Notes: a model not told the origin generated them from the sequence alone. DNA of 64,000 nt from Antedon mediterranea (GCF_964355755.1 NC_092673.1:18783648-18847647), one strand, 5' to 3'. Counted from the first letter of the stretch, positions 1 through 14,686 are shown. Numbers and translations: made by a program.

Positions 1-156
1 ATAAAATATAAAAAAAAAAGCTAAAAAAACATACAAATTTATGATATTTAAGTCATAATTTATTGATCACCTTATTGAAGGGGATTCTTTTCACATAGTC
101 ATTATGGTAACAATTGCTCCTTGCATTTCCTGATTTTGATAATAATACTGTAAAAA

Positions 157-3100
157 AGGGAGTGGGGAGGGGTTGCTAGACCATTAAAACCCTCCTGCTT
201 ACGTGTCTGTTATCCTTATTATAGGGAGTGGGGATGGGTTGCTAGAACCATAAAACCTTCCTGCTTACGAGTCTGTTATCCTTATTATTGGGAGTGGGGA
301 TGGGTTGCTAGAACCATAAAACCCTCCTGCTTACGAGTCTGTTATCCTTATTATAGGGAGTGGGGAGGGGTTGCTAGAACCATAAAACCCTCCTGCTTAC
401 GAGTCTGTTATCCTTATTATAGGGAGTGGGGAGCTGTTGCTAGACCATTAAAACCCTCCTGCTTACGAGTCTGTTATCCTTATTATAGGGAGTGGGGAGG
501 TGTTGCTAGAACCATAAAACCCTCCTGCTTACGAGTCTGTTATCCTTATTATAGGGAGTGGGGAGGGGTTGCTAGAACCATAAAACCCTCCTGCTTTCGA
601 GTCTGTTATCCTTATTATAGGGAGTGGGGAGCTGTTGCTAGACCATTAAAACCCTCCTGCTTACGAGTCTGTTATCCTTATTATAGGGAGTGGGGAGGGG
701 TTGCTAGAACCATAAAACCCTCCTGCTTACGAGTCTGTTATCCTTATTATAGGGAGTGGGGAGGGGTTGCTAGACCATAAAACCTTCCTGCTTATGAGTC
801 TGTTATCTTTATTATAGGGAGTGGGGAGGGGTTGCTAGAACCATAAAACCCTCCTGCTTACGAGTCTGTTATCCTTATTATAGGGAGTGGGGAGGGGTTG
901 CTAGAACCATAAAAACCCTCCTGCTTATGAGTCTGTTATCCTTATTATAGGGAGTGGGGAGGGGTTGCTAGAACCATAAAACCCTCCTGCTTACGAGTCT
1001 GTTATCTTTATTATAGGGAGTGGGGAGGGGTTGCCAGAACCATTAAAACCCTCCTGCTTACGAGTCTGTTATCCTTATTATAGGGAGTGGGGAGGGGTTG
1101 CTAGACCCATAAAACCCTCCTGCTTACGAGTCTGTTATCCTTATTATAGGGAGTGGGGAGGGGTTGCTAGAACCATAAAACCCTCCTGCTTACGAATCTG
1201 TTATCTTTATTATAGGGAGTGGGGAGGGGTTGCTAGAACCATAAAACCCTCCTGCTTACGAGTCTGTTATCCTTATTATAGGGAGTGTGGAGGGGTTGCT
1301 AGAACCATAAAACCCTCCTGCTTACGAATCTGTTATCTTTATTATAGGGAGTGTGGAGGGGTTGCTAGAACCATAAAACCCTCCTGCTTACGAGTCTGTT
1401 ATCCTTATTATAGGGAGTGGGGAGGGGTTGCTAGAACCATAAAACCTTCCTGCTTACGAGTCTGTTATCCTTATTATAGGGAGTGGGGAGGGGTTGCTAG
1501 AACCATAAAACCCTCCTGCTTACGAGTCTGTTATCTTTATTATAGGGAGTGGGGAGGGGTTGCTAGAACCATAAAACCCTCCTGCTTACGAGTCTGTTAT
1601 CTTTATTATAGGGAGTGGGGAGGGGTTGCTAGAACCATAAACCCTCCTGCTTACGAGTCTGTTATCTTTATTATAGGGAGTGGGGAGGGGTTGCTAGAAC
1701 CATAAAACCCTCCTGCTTACGAGTCTGTTATCCTTATTATAGGGAGTGGGGAGGGGTTGCTAGACCATTAAAACCCTCCTGCTTACGAGTCTGTTATCTT
1801 TATTATAGGGAGTGGGGAGGGGTTGAGACCATTAAAACCCTCCTGCTTACGAGTCTGTTATCTTTATTATAGGGAGTGGGGAGGGGTTGCTAGACCATTA
1901 AAACCCTCCTGCTTACGAGTCTGTTATCTTTATTATAGGGAGTGGGGAGGGGTTGCTAGACCATTAAAACCCTCCTGCTTACGAGTCTGTTATCCTTATT
2001 ATAGGGAGTGGGGAGGGGTTGCTAGACAATTAAAACCCTCCTGCTTACGAGTCTGTTATCCTTATTATAGGGAGTGGGGAGGGGTTGCTATAGAACCATA
2101 AAACCCTCCTGCTTACGAGTCTGTTATCCTTATTATAGGGAGTGGGGAGGGGTTGCTAGACCATTAAAACCCTCCTGCTTACGAGTCTGTTATCTTTATT
2201 ATAGGGAGTGGGGAGGGGTTGCTAGACCATTAAAACCCTCCTGCTTACGAGTCTGTTATCTTTATTATAGGGAGTGGGGAGGGGTTGCTAGAACCATAAA
2301 ACCCTCCTGCTTACGAGTCTGTTATCCTTATTATAGGGAGTGGGGAGGGGTTGCTAGACCATTAAAACCCTCCTGCTTACGAGTCTGTTATCTTTATTAT
2401 AGGGAGTGGGGAGGGGTTGAGACCATTAAAACCCTCCTGCTTACGAGTCTGTTATCTTTATTATAGGGAGTGGGGAGGGGTTGCTAGACCATTAAAACCC
2501 TCCTGCTTACGAGTCTGTTATCTTTATTATAGGGAGTGGGGAGGGGTTGCTAGACCATTAAAACCCTCCTGCTTACGAGTCTGTTATCCTTATTATAGGG
2601 AGTGGGGAGGGGTTGCTAGACAATTAAAACCCTCCTGCTTACGAGTCTGTTATCCTTATTATAGGGAGTGGGGAGGGGTTGCTATAGAACCATAAAACCC
2701 TCCTGCTTACGAGTCTGTTATCCTTATTATAGGGAGTGGGGAGGGGTTGCTAGACCATTAAAACCCTCCTGCTTACGAGTCTGTTATCTTTATTATAGGG
2801 AGTGGGGAGGGGTTGCTAGACCATTAAAACCCTCCTGCTTACGAGTCTGTTATCTTTATTATAGGGAGTGGGGAGGGGTTGCTAGAACCATAAAAACCCT
2901 CCTGCTTACGAGTCTGTTATCCTTATTATAGGGAGTGGGAAGGGGTTGCTAGAACCATAAAGCCCTCCTGCTTACGAGTCTGTTATCTTTATTATAGGGA
3001 GTGGGGAGGGGTTGCTAGACCATTAAAACCTCCTGCTTACGAGTCTGTTATCCTTATTATAGGGAGTGGGGAGGGGTTGCTAGAACCATAAAACCCTCCT

Positions 3101-6100
3101 GCTTATTATAGGGAGTGGGGAGGGGTTGCTAGAACCATAAAATCCTCCTGCTTACGAGTCTGTTATCTTTATTATAGGGAGTGGGGAGGGGTTGCTAGAA
3201 CCATAAAACCCTCCTGCTTACGAGTCTGTTATCCTTATTATAGGGAGTGGGGAGGGGTTGCTAGACCATTAAAACCCTCCTGCTTACGAGTTTGTTATCC
3301 TTATTATTGGGAGTGGGGAGGGGTTGCTAGAACCATAAAACCCTCCTGCTTACGAGTCTGTTATCCTTAATATAGGGAGTGGGGAGGAGTTGCTAGAACC
3401 ATAAAACCCTCCTGCTTACGAGTCTGTTATCTTTATTATAGGGAGTGGGGAGGGGTTGCTAGAACCATAAAACCCTCCTGCTTACGAGTCTGTTATCTTT
3501 ATTATAGGGAGTGGGGAGGGGTTGCTAGACCATAAAACCCTCCTGCTTACGAGTCTGTTATCCTTATTATAGGGAGTGGGGAGGGGTTGCTAGAACCATA
3601 AAACCCTCCTGCTTACGAGTCTGTTATCCTTATTATAGGGAGTGGGGAGGGGTTGCTAGACCATTAAAACCCTCCTGCTTACGAGTCTGTTATCTTTATT
3701 ATAGGGAGTGGGGAGGGGTTGCTAGACCATTAAAACCCTCCTGCTTACGAGTCTGTTATCTTTATTATAGGGAGTGGGGAGGGGTTGCTAGAACCATAAA
3801 ACCCTCCTGCTTACGAGTCTGTTATCTTTATTATAGGGAGTGGGGAGGGGTTGCTAGACCATTAAAACCCTCCTGCTTATACGAGTCTGTTATCCTTATT
3901 AAAGGGAGTGTGGAGGGGTTGCTAGAACCATAAAACCCTCCTGCTTACGAGTCTGTTATCTTTATTATAGGGAGTGGGGAGAGATAGCTAGAACCATAAA
4001 ACCCTCCTGCTTACGAGTCTGTTATCCCTATTATAGGGAGTGGGGAGGGGTTGCTAGAACCATAAAACCCTCCTGCTTACGAGTCTGTTATCCTTATTAT
4101 AGGGAGTGGGGAGGGGTTGCTAGACCATTAAAACCCTCCTTCTTACGTGTCTGTTATCTTTATTATAGGGAGTGGGGAGGGGTTGCTAGAACCATAAAAC
4201 CCTCCTGCTTACGAGTCTGTTATCTTTATTATAGGGAGTGGGGAGGGATTGCTAGAACCATAAAACCCTCCTGCTTACGAGTCTGTTATCCTTATTATAG
4301 GGAGTGGGGAGGGGTTGCTAGAACCATAAAACCCTCCTGCTTACGAATCTGTTATCCTTATTATAGGGAGTGGGGAGGGGTTGCTAGACCATTAAAACCC
4401 TCCTGCTTACGTGTCTGTTATCTTTATTATAGGGAGTGGGGAGGGGTTGCTAGAACCATAAAACCCTCCTGCTTACGAGTCTGTTATCCTTATTATAGGG
4501 AGTGGGGAGGGGTTGCCAGAACCATAAAACCCTCCTGCTTACGAGTCTGTTATCTTTATTATAGGGAGTGGGGTGGGGTTGCTAGAACCATAAAACCCTC
4601 CTGCTTACGAGTCTGTTATCCTTATTATAGGGAGTGGGGAGGGGTTGCTAGAACCATAAAAACCCTCCTGCTTACGAGTCTGTTATCCTTATTATAGGGA
4701 GTGGGGAGGGGTTGCTAGACCATAAAAACCCTCCTGCTTACGAGTCTGTTATCCTTATTATAGGGAGTGGGGAGGAGTTGCTAGAACCATAAAACCCTCC
4801 TGCTTACGAGTCTGTTATCCTTATTGTAGGGAGTGGGGAGGGGTTGCTAGAACCATAAAAACCCTCCTGCTTACGAATCTGTTATCCTTATTATAGGGAG
4901 TGGGGAGGGGTTGCTAGACCATAAAACCCTCCTGCTTACGAGTCTGTTATCCTTATTATAGGGAGTGGGGAGGGGTTGCTAGAACCATTAAAACCCTCCT
5001 GCTTACGAGTCTGTTATCCTTATTATAGGGAGTGGGGAGGAGTTGCTAGAACCATAAAACCCTCCTGCTTTCGAGTCTGTTATCTTTATTATAGGGAGTG
5101 GGGAGGGGTTGCTAGACCATAAAACCCTCCTGTTTACGAGTCTGTTATCCTTATTATTGGGAGTGGGGAGGGGTTGCTAGACCATAAAACCCTCCTGCTT
5201 ATGAGTCTGTTATCCTTATTATAGGGAGTGGGGAGGGGTTGCTAGACCATTAAAACCCTCCTGCTTACGAGTCTGTTATCCTTATTATAGGGAGTGGGGA
5301 GGGGTTGCTAGACCATTAAAACCCTCCTGCTTACGTGTCTGTTATCCTTATTATAGGGAGTGGGGAGGGGTTGCTAGAACCATAAAACCCTCCTGCTTAC
5401 GAGTCTGTTATCCTTATTATTGGGAGTGGGGAGGGGTTGCTAGAACCATAAAACCCTCCTGCTTACGAGTCTGTTATCCTTATTATAGGGAGTGGGGAGG
5501 GGTTGCCAGAACCATAAAACCCTCCTGCTTACGAGTCTGTTATCTTTATTATAGGGAGTGGGGTGGGGTTGCTAGAACCATAAAACCCTCCTGCTTACGA
5601 GTCTGTTATCCTTATTATAGGGAGTGGGGAGGGGTTGCTAGAACCATAAAAACCCTCCTGCTTACGAGTCTGTTATCCTTATTATAGGGAGTGGGGAGGG
5701 GTTGCCAGAACCATAAAACCCTCCTGCTTACGAGTCTGTTATCCTTATTATAGGGAGTGGGGAGGAGTTGCTAGAACCATAAAACCCTCCTGCTTACGAG
5801 TCTGTTATCCTTATTGTAGGGAGTGGGGAGGGGTTGCCAGAACCATAAAAACCCTCCTGCTTACGAATCTGTTATCCTTATTATAGGGAGTGGGGAGGGG
5901 TTGCTAGAACCATAAAAACCCTCCTGCTTACGAATCTGTTATCCTTATTATAGGGAGTGGGGAGGGGTTGCTAGACCATAAAACCCTCCTGCTTACGAGT
6001 CTGTTATCCTTATTATAGAGAGTGGGGAGGGGTTGCTAGAACCATTAAAACCCTCCTGCTTACGAGTCTGTTATCCTTATTATAGGGAGTGGGGAGGGGT

Positions 6101-9100
6101 TGCTAGAACCATAAAACCCTCCTGCTTTCGAGTCTGTTATCTTTATTATAGGGAGTGGGGAGGGGTTGCTAGACCATAAAACCCTCCTGTTTACGAGTCT
6201 GTTATCCTTATTATTGGGAGTGGGGAGGGGTTGCTAGACCATAAAACCCTCGTGCTTACGAGTCTGTTATCTTTATTATAGGGAGTGGGGAGGGGTTGCT
6301 AGAACCATAAAAACCCTCCTGCTTACGAGTCTGTTATCCTTATTATAGGGAGTGGGGAGGGGTTGCTAGAACCATAAAACCCTCCTGCTTACGAGTCTGT
6401 TATCTTTATTATAGGGAGTGGGGAGGGGTTGCTAGACCATTAAAACCCTCCTGCTTACGAGTCTGTTATCCTTATTATAGGGAGTGGGGAGGGGTTGCTA
6501 GAACCATAAAACCCTCCTGCTTACGAGTCTGTTATCTTTATTATAGGGAGTGGGGAGGGGTTGCTAGACCATAAAACCCTCCTGCTTACGAGTCTGTTAT
6601 CCTTATTATAGGGAGTGGGGAGGGGTTGCTAGACCATAAAACCCTCCTGCTTACGAGTCTGTTATCTTTATTATAGGGAGTGGGGAGGGGTTGCTAGAAC
6701 CATAAAAACCCTCCTGCTTACGAGTCTGTTATCCTTATTATAGGGAGTGGGGAGGGATTGCTAGAACCATAAAACCCTCCTGCTTACGAGTCTGTTATCC
6801 TTATTGTAGGGAGTGGGGAGGGGTTGCTAGAACCATAAAAACCCTCCTGCTTACGAGTCTGTTATCCTTATTATAGGGAGTGGGGAGGGGTTGCTAGACC
6901 ATAAAACCCTCCTGCTTACGAGTCTGTTATCCTTATTATAGGGAGTGGGGAGGGGTTGCTAGAACCATTAAAACCCTCCTGCTTACGAGTCTGTTATCCT
7001 TATTATAGGGAGTGGGGAGGGGTTGCTAGAACAATAAAACCCTCCTGCTTACGAGTCTGTTATCTTTATTATAGGGAGTGGGGAGGGGTTGCTAGACCAT
7101 AAAACCCTCCTGTTTACGAGTCTGTTATCCTTATTATTGGGAGTGGGGAGGGGTTGCTAGACCATAAAACCCTCCTGCTTACGAGTCTGTTATCTTTATT
7201 ATAGGGAGTGGGTAGGGGTTGCTAGAACCATTAAAACCCTCCTGCTTACGAGTCTGTTATCCTTATTATAGGGAGTGGGGAGGGGTTGCTAGAACCATAA
7301 AACCCTCCTGCTTACGAGTATGTTATCTTTATTATAGGGAGTGGGGAGGGGTTGCTAGACCATAAAACCCTCCTGTTTACGAGTCTGTTATCCTTATTAT
7401 TGGGAGTGGGGAGGGGTTGCTAGACCATAAAACCCTCCTGCTTACGAGTCTGTTATCTTTATTATAGGGAGTGGGGAGGGGTTGCTAGAACCATAAAAAC
7501 CCTCCTGCTTACGAGTCTGTTATCCTTATTATAGGGAGTGGGGAGGGGTTGCTAGAACCATAAAACCCTCCTGCTTACGAGTCTGTTATCTTTATTATAG
7601 GGAGTGGGGAGGGGTTGCTAGACCATTAAAACCCTCCTGCTTACGAGTCTGTTATCTTTATTATAGGGAGTGGGGAGGGGTTGCTAGAACCATAAAACCC
7701 TCCTGCTTACGAGTCTGTTATCTTTATTATAGGGAGTGGGGAGGGGTTGCTAGACCATTAAAACCCTCCTGCTTACGAGTCTGTTATCCTTATTATAGGG
7801 AGTGGGGAGGGGTTGCTAGAACCATAAAACCCTCCTGCTTACGAGTCTGTTATCTTTATTATAGGGAGTGGGGAGGGGTTGCTAGACCATAAAACCCTCC
7901 TGCTTACGAGTCTGTTATCCTTATTATAGGGAGTGGGGAGGGGTTGCTAGACCATAAAACCCTCCTGCTTACGAGTCTGTTATCTTTATTATAGGGAGTG
8001 GGGAGGGGTTGCTAGAACCATAAAAACCCTCCTGCTTACGAGTCTGTTATCCTTATTATAGGGAGTGGGGAGCGGTTGCTAGAACCATAAAACCCTCCTG
8101 CTTACGAGTCTGTTATCCTTAATATAGGGAGTGGGGAGGGGTTGCTAGAACCATAAAACCCTCCTGCTTACGAGTCTGTTTTCTTTATTATAGGGAGTGG
8201 GGAGCTGTTGCTAGACCATTAAAATCCTCCTGCTTACGAGTCTGTTATCCTTATTATAGGGAGTGGGGAGGGGTTGCTAGACCATAAAACCCTCCTGCTT
8301 ACGAGTCTGTTATCTTTATTATAGGGAGTGGGGAGGGGTTGCTAGACCATAAAACCCTCCTGCTTACGAGTCTGTTATCCTTATTATAGGGAGTGGGGAG
8401 GTGTTGCTAGACCATAAAACCCTCCTGCTTACGAGTCTGTTATCCTTATTATAGGGAGTGGGGAGGTGTTGCTAGACCATAAAACCCTCCTGCTTACGAG
8501 TCTGTTATCCTTATTATAGGGAGTGGGGAGGTGTTGCTAGACCATAAAAACCCTCCTGCTTATGAGTCTCTTATCCTTATTATTGGGAGTGGGGAGGGGT
8601 TGCTAGAACCATAAAAACCCTCCTGCTTACGAGTCTGTTATCCTTATTATAGGGAGTGGGGAGGGGTTGCTAGAACCATAAAAACCCTCCTGCTTACGAG
8701 TCTGTTATCTTTATTATAGGGAGTGGGGAGGGGTTGCTAGAACCATAAAAACCCTCCTGCTTACGAGTCTGTTATCCTTATTATTGGGAGTGGGGAGGGG
8801 TTGCTAGACCATAAAACCCTCCTGCTTACGAGTCTGTTATCCTTATTATAGGGAGTGGGGTGGTGTTGCTAGACCATAAAACCCTCCTTCTTACGAGTCT
8901 GTTATCCTTATTATAGGGAGTGGGGAGGGGTTGCTAGAACCATAAAACCCTCCTGCTTACGAGTCTGTTATCCTTATTATAGTGAGTGGGGAGGGGTTGC
9001 TAGACCATAAAAACCCTCCTGCTTACGAGTCTGTTATCTTTATTATAGGGAGTGGGGAGGGTTTGCTAAAACCATAAAACCCTCCTGCTTACGAGTCTGT

Positions 9101-12100
9101 TATCTTTATTATAGGGAGTGGGGAGGGGTTGCTAGACCATTAAAACCCTCCTGCTTACGAGTCTGTTATCCTTATTATAGGGAGTGGGGAGGGGTTGCTA
9201 GACCATAAAACCCTCCTGCTTACGAGTCTGTTATCCTTATTATAGGGAGTGTGGAGGGGTTGCTAGACCATAAAACCCTCCTGCTTACGAGTCTGTTATC
9301 CTTATTATAGGGAGTGGGGAGGGGTTGCTAGAACCATAAAAACCCTCCTGCTTAGGAGTCTGTTATCCTTATTATAGGGAGTGGGGTGGGGTTGCTAGAC
9401 CATTAAAACCCTCCTGCTTACGAGTCTGTTATCCTTATTATAGGGAGTGGGGAGGGTTTGCTAAAACCATAAAACCCTCCTGCTTACGAGTCTGTTATCC
9501 TTATTATAGGGAGTGGGGTGGGGTTGCTAGACCATTAAAACCCTCCTGCTTACGAGTCTGTTATCCTTATTATAGGGAGTGGGGTGGGGTTGCTAGACCA
9601 TTAAAACCCTCCTGCTTACGAGTCTGTTATCCTTATTATAGGGAGTGGGGAGGGGTTGCTAGACCATAAAACCCTCCTGCTTACGAGTCTGTTATCCTTA
9701 TTATAGGGAGTGGGGAGGGGTTGCTAGAACCATAAAAACCCTCCTGCTTACGAGTCTGTTATCCTTATTATAGGGAGTGGGGAGGGGTTGCTAGAACCAT
9801 TAAAACCCTCCTGCTTACGAGTCTGTTATCCTTATTATAGGGAGTGGGGAGGGGTTGCTAGACCATAAAACCCTCCTGCTTACGAGTCTGTTATCCTTAT
9901 TATAGGGAGTGGGGAGGGATTGCTAGAACCATAAAACCCTCCTGCTTACGAGTCTGTTATCCTTATTATAGGGAGTGGGGAGGGGTTGCTAGACCATAAA
10001 ACCCTCCTGCTTACGAGTCTGTTATCCTTATTATAGGGAGTGGGGAGGGGTTGCTAGACCATAAAACCCTCCTGCTTACGAGTCTGTTATCCTTATTATA
10101 GGGAGTGGGGAGGGGTTGCTAGACCATAAAACCCTCCTGCTTACGAGTCTGTTATCCTTATTATAGGGAGTGGGGAGGGGTTGCTAGACCATAAAACCCT
10201 CCTGCTTACGAGTCTGTTATCCTTATTATAGGGAGTGGGGAGGGGTTGCTAGACCATAAAACCCTCCTGCTTACGAGTCTGTTATCTTTATTATAGGGAG
10301 TGGGGAGGGGTTGCTAGAACCATAAAACCCTCCTGCTTACGAGTCTGTTATCCTTATTATAGGGAGTGGGGAGGGGTTGCTAGACCATAAAACCCTCCTG
10401 CTTACGAGTCTGTTATCTTTATTATAGGGAGTGGGGAGGGGTTGCTAGAACCATAAAACCCTCCTGCTTACGAGTCTGTTATCCTTATTATAGGGAGTGG
10501 GGAGGGGTTGCTAGACCATAAAACCCTCCTGCTTACGAGTCTGTTATCCTTATTATAGGGAGTGGGGAGGGGTTGCTAGACCATAAAACCCTCCTGCTTA
10601 CGAGTCTGTTATCCTTATTATAGGGAGTGGGGAGGGGTTGCTAGACCATAAAACCCTCCTGCTTACGAGTCTGTTATCCTTATTATAGGGAGTGGGGAGG
10701 GGTTGCTAGACCATAAAACCCTCCTGCTTACGAGTCTGTTATCCTTATTATAGGGAGTGGGGAGGGGTTGCTAGACCATAAAACCCTCCTGCTTACGAGT
10801 CTGTTATCCTTATTATAGGGAGTGGGGAGGGGTTGCTAGACCATAAAACCCTCCTGCTTACGAGTCTGTTATCCTTATTATAGGGAGTGGGGAGGTGTTG
10901 CTAGACCATAAAACCCTCCTGCTTACGAGTCTGTTATCCTTATTATAGGGAGTGGGGAGGGGTTGCTAGACCATTAAAACCCTCCTGCTTACGAGTCTGT
11001 TATCTTCATTATAGGGAGTGGGGAGGTGTTGCTAGACCATTAAAACCCTCCTGCTTACGAGTCTGTTATCCTTATTATAGGGAGTGGGGAGGGGTTGCTA
11101 GACCATAAAACCCTCCTGCTTACGAGTCTGTTATCCTTATTATAGGGAGTGTGGAGGGGTTGCTAGACCATAAAACCCTCCTGCTTACGAGTCTGTTATC
11201 CTTATTATAGGGAGTGTGGAGGGGTTGCTAGACCATAAAACCCTCCTGCTTACGAGTCTGTTATCCTTATTATAGGGAGTGGGGAGGGGTTGCTAGACCA
11301 TAAAACCCTCCTGCTTACGAGTCTGTTATCCTTATTATAGGGAGTGGGGTGGTGTTGCTAGACAATAAAACCCTCCTTCTTACGAGTCTGTTATCCTTAT
11401 TATAGGGAGTGGGGAGGGGTTGCTAGAACCATAAAACCCTCCTGCTTACGAGTCTGTTATCCTTATTATAGTGAGTGGGGAGGGGTTGCTAGACCATAAA
11501 AACCCTCCTGCTTACGAGTCTGTTATCTTTATTATAGGGAGTGGGGAGGGTTTGCTAAAACCATAAAACCCTCCTGCTTACGAGTCTGTTATCTTTATTA
11601 TAGGGAGTGGGGAGGGGTTGCTAGACCATTAAAACCCTCCTGCTTACGAGTCTGTTATCCTTATTATAGGGAGTGGGGAGGGGTTGCTAGACCATAAAAC
11701 CCTCCTGCTTACGAGTCTGTTATCCTTATTATAGGGAGTGTGGAGGGGTTGCTAGACCATAAAACCCTCCTGCTTACGAGTCTGTTATCCTTATTATAGG
11801 GAGTGGGGAGGGGTTGCTAGAACCATAAAAACCCTCCTGCTTACGAGTCTGTTATCCTTATTATAGGGAGTGGGGTGGGGTTGCTAGACCATTAAAACCC
11901 TCCTGCTTACGAGTCTGTTATCCTTATTATAGGGAGTGGGGAGGGTTTGCTAAAACCATAAAACCCTCCTGCTTACGAGTCTGTTATCCTTATTATAGGG
12001 AGTGGGGTGGGGTTGCTAGACCATTAAAACCCTCCTGCTTACGAGTCTGTTATCCTTATTATAGGGAGTGGGGTGGGGTTGCTAGACCATTAAAACCCTC

Positions 12101-13960
12101 CTGCTTACGAGTCTGTTATCCTTATTATAGGGAGTGGGGAGGGGTTGCTAGACCATAAAACCCTCCTGCTTACGAGTCTGTTATCCTTATTATAGGGAGT
12201 GGGGAGGGGTTGCTAGAACCATAAAAACCCTCCTGCTTACGAGTCTGTTATCCTTATTATAGGGAGTGGGGAGGGGTTGCTAGAACCATTAAAACCCTCC
12301 TGCTTACGAGTCTGTTATCCTTATTATAGGGAGTGGGGAGGGGTTGCTAGACCATAAAACCCTCCTGCTTACGAGTCTGTTATCCTTATTATAGGGAGTG
12401 GGGAGGGATTGCTAGAACCATAAAACCCTCCTGCTTACGAGTCTGTTATCCTTATTATAGGGAGTGGGGAGGGGTTGCTAGACCATAAAACCCTCCTGCT
12501 TACGAGTCTGTTATCCTTATTATAGGGAGTGGGGAGGGGTTGCTAGACCATAAAACCCTCCTGCTTACGAGTCTGTTATCCTTATTATAGGGAGTGGGGA
12601 GGGGTTGCTAGACCATAAAACCCTCCTGCTTACGAGTCTGTTATCCTTATTATAGGGAGTGGGGAGGGGTTGCTAGACCATAAAACCCTCCTGCTTACGA
12701 GTCTGTTATCCTTATTATAGGGAGTGGGGAGGGGTTGCTAGACCATAAAACCCTCCTGCTTACGAGTCTGTTATCTTTATTATAGGGAGTGGGGAGGGGT
12801 TGCTAGAACCATAAAACCCTCCTGCTTACGAGTCTGTTATCCTTATTATAGGGAGTGGGGAGGGGTTGCTAGACCATAAAACCCTCCTGCTTACGAGTCT
12901 GTTATCTTTATTATAGGGAGTGGGGAGGGGTTGCTAGAACCATAAAACCCTCCTGCTTACGAGTCTGTTATCCTTATTATAGGGAGTGGGGAGGGGTTGC
13001 TAGACCATAAAACCCTCCTGCTTACGAGTCTGTTATCCTTATTATAGGGAGTGGGGAGGGGTTGCTAGACCATAAAACCCTCCTGCTTACGAGTCTGTTA
13101 TCCTTATTATAGGGAGTGGGGAGGGGTTGCTAGACCATAAAACCCTCCTGCTTACGAGTCTGTTATCCTTATTATAGGGAGTGGGGAGGGGTTGCTAGAC
13201 CATAAAACCCTCCTGCTTACGAGTCTGTTATCCTTATTATAGGGAGTGGGGAGGGGTTGCTAGACCATAAAACCCTCCTGCTTACGAGTCTGTTATCCTT
13301 ATTATAGGGAGTGGGGAGGGGTTGCTAGACCATAAAACCCTCCTGCTTACGAGTCTGTTATCCTTATTATAGGGAGTGGGGAGGTGTTGCTAGACCATAA
13401 AACCCTCCTGCTTACGAGTCTGTTATCCTTATTATAGGGAGTGGGGAGGGGTTGCTAGACCATTAAAACCCTCCTGCTTACGAGTCTGTTATCTTCATTA
13501 TAGGGAGTGGGGAGGTGTTGCTAGACCATTAAAACCCTCCTGCTTACGAGTCTGTTATCCTTATTATAGGGAGTGGGGAGGGGTTGCTAGACCATAAAAC
13601 CCTCCTGCTTACGAGTCTGTTATCCTTATTATAGGGAGTGTGGAGGGGTTGCTAGACCATAAAACCCTCCTGCTTACGAGTCTGTTATCCTTATTATAGG
13701 GAGTGTGGAGGGGTTGCTAGACCATAAAACCCTCCTGCTTACGAGTCTGTTATCCTTATTATAGGGAGTGGGGAGGGGTTGCTAGACCATAAAACCCTCC
13801 TGCTTACGAGTCTGTTATCCTTATTATAGGGAGTGGGGAGGGGTTGCTAGACCATAAAACCCTCCTGCTTATGAGTCTGTTATCCTTATTATAGGGAGTG
13901 TGGAGGGGTTGCTAGAACCATAAAACCCTCCTGCTTACGAGTCTGTTATCCTTATTATAG
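157..13960. repeat. Satellite 1, ~66-bp monomer (65-67 bp), roughly 210 copies
   Basis: Seen: consensus GGGAGTGGGGAGGGGTTGCTAGAACCATAAAACCCTCCTGCTTACGAGTCTGTTATCCTTATTATA repeated head-to-tail. The 22-aa periodic ORFs in the track are a by-product. Confidence 0.98.
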
Positions 13961-14294
13961 TTTTACTAATGTGTACATATACATTTTTATTTTTAGCCTG
14001 AAAGAAAGCATACAGACATTTGTCAAAGGTAATTTCCTTAGTCTTATGTTGAAACCGAATAAAATCAAAAAATTGAAATGAGGCAAATCAAAGAAATGTA
14101 TTTTTTTAACTTTTATAACTATAAACAAAATAATTAAGTTCCAACAAATATAAAAGTTGTAATTGTAGATTTTGATTTTCAAATTTAATAAACACAAAAA
14201 AAAAAAAATAATAATAAAACTGTAAAATCTTGAAAGCTCACACAAAAATTAAAGGTGTTTAAATCAATTATGTTGTTTTCACTTTTTCTTTCAG

Positions 14295-14359
14295 AGAACT
14301 GTGGCTTGATAATTTGTTGTATTGTAGTTGCAGTATTGGCATATAAGCATTGGAAATAG
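14295..14359 (+). CDS. Candidate last coding exon with hydrophobic C-terminus (xNCGLIICCIVVAVLAYKHWK*)
   Basis: Seen: pyrimidine tract plus CAG acceptor (TTTTCACTTTTTCTTTCAG, AG at 14293-14294), open frame to TAG 14357-14359, AATAAA at 14687-14692. Inference: a hydrophobic run followed by basic residues fits a tail anchor. No upstream exon recognised in the window. Confidence 0.4.
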
Positions 14360-14548
14360 TATTGGTTACTGTTGGTTCATTTATTTGTGCTCTATGTTTT
14401 GAGTAAACTTTAATATCAAGAGGATATATTGTCATTATTGAAAAAATGTCTATTTTTTCAATGATGGAATTCTATCTTAGTAGTTTAGTACCACAAATAT
14501 AGTATAGCCTGTTTCACTGCACACCATGCCATATGAATACCTGAAGAA

Positions 14549-14686
14549 ATCTGAGTTATGTCGTAAACCACTTTGATAGATTATTACATACCACATCTGA
14601 GTTATGTTGTAAACCACTTTGATAGATTATTACATACCACATCTGAGTTATGTTGTAAACCACTTTGATAGATTATTACATACCAC
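14549..14686. repeat. 46-bp tandem repeat x3
   Basis: Seen: ATCTGAGTTATGTTGTAAACCACTTTGATAGATTATTACATACCAC at 14549, 14595, 14641 (one mismatch). Confidence 0.95.

Noticed and set aside
1031-2931. Periodic ORFs (IKPSCLRVCYPYYREWGGVART)n
   Set aside because: By-product of the 66-bp monomer. 65/67-bp variants break the frame throughout the array.
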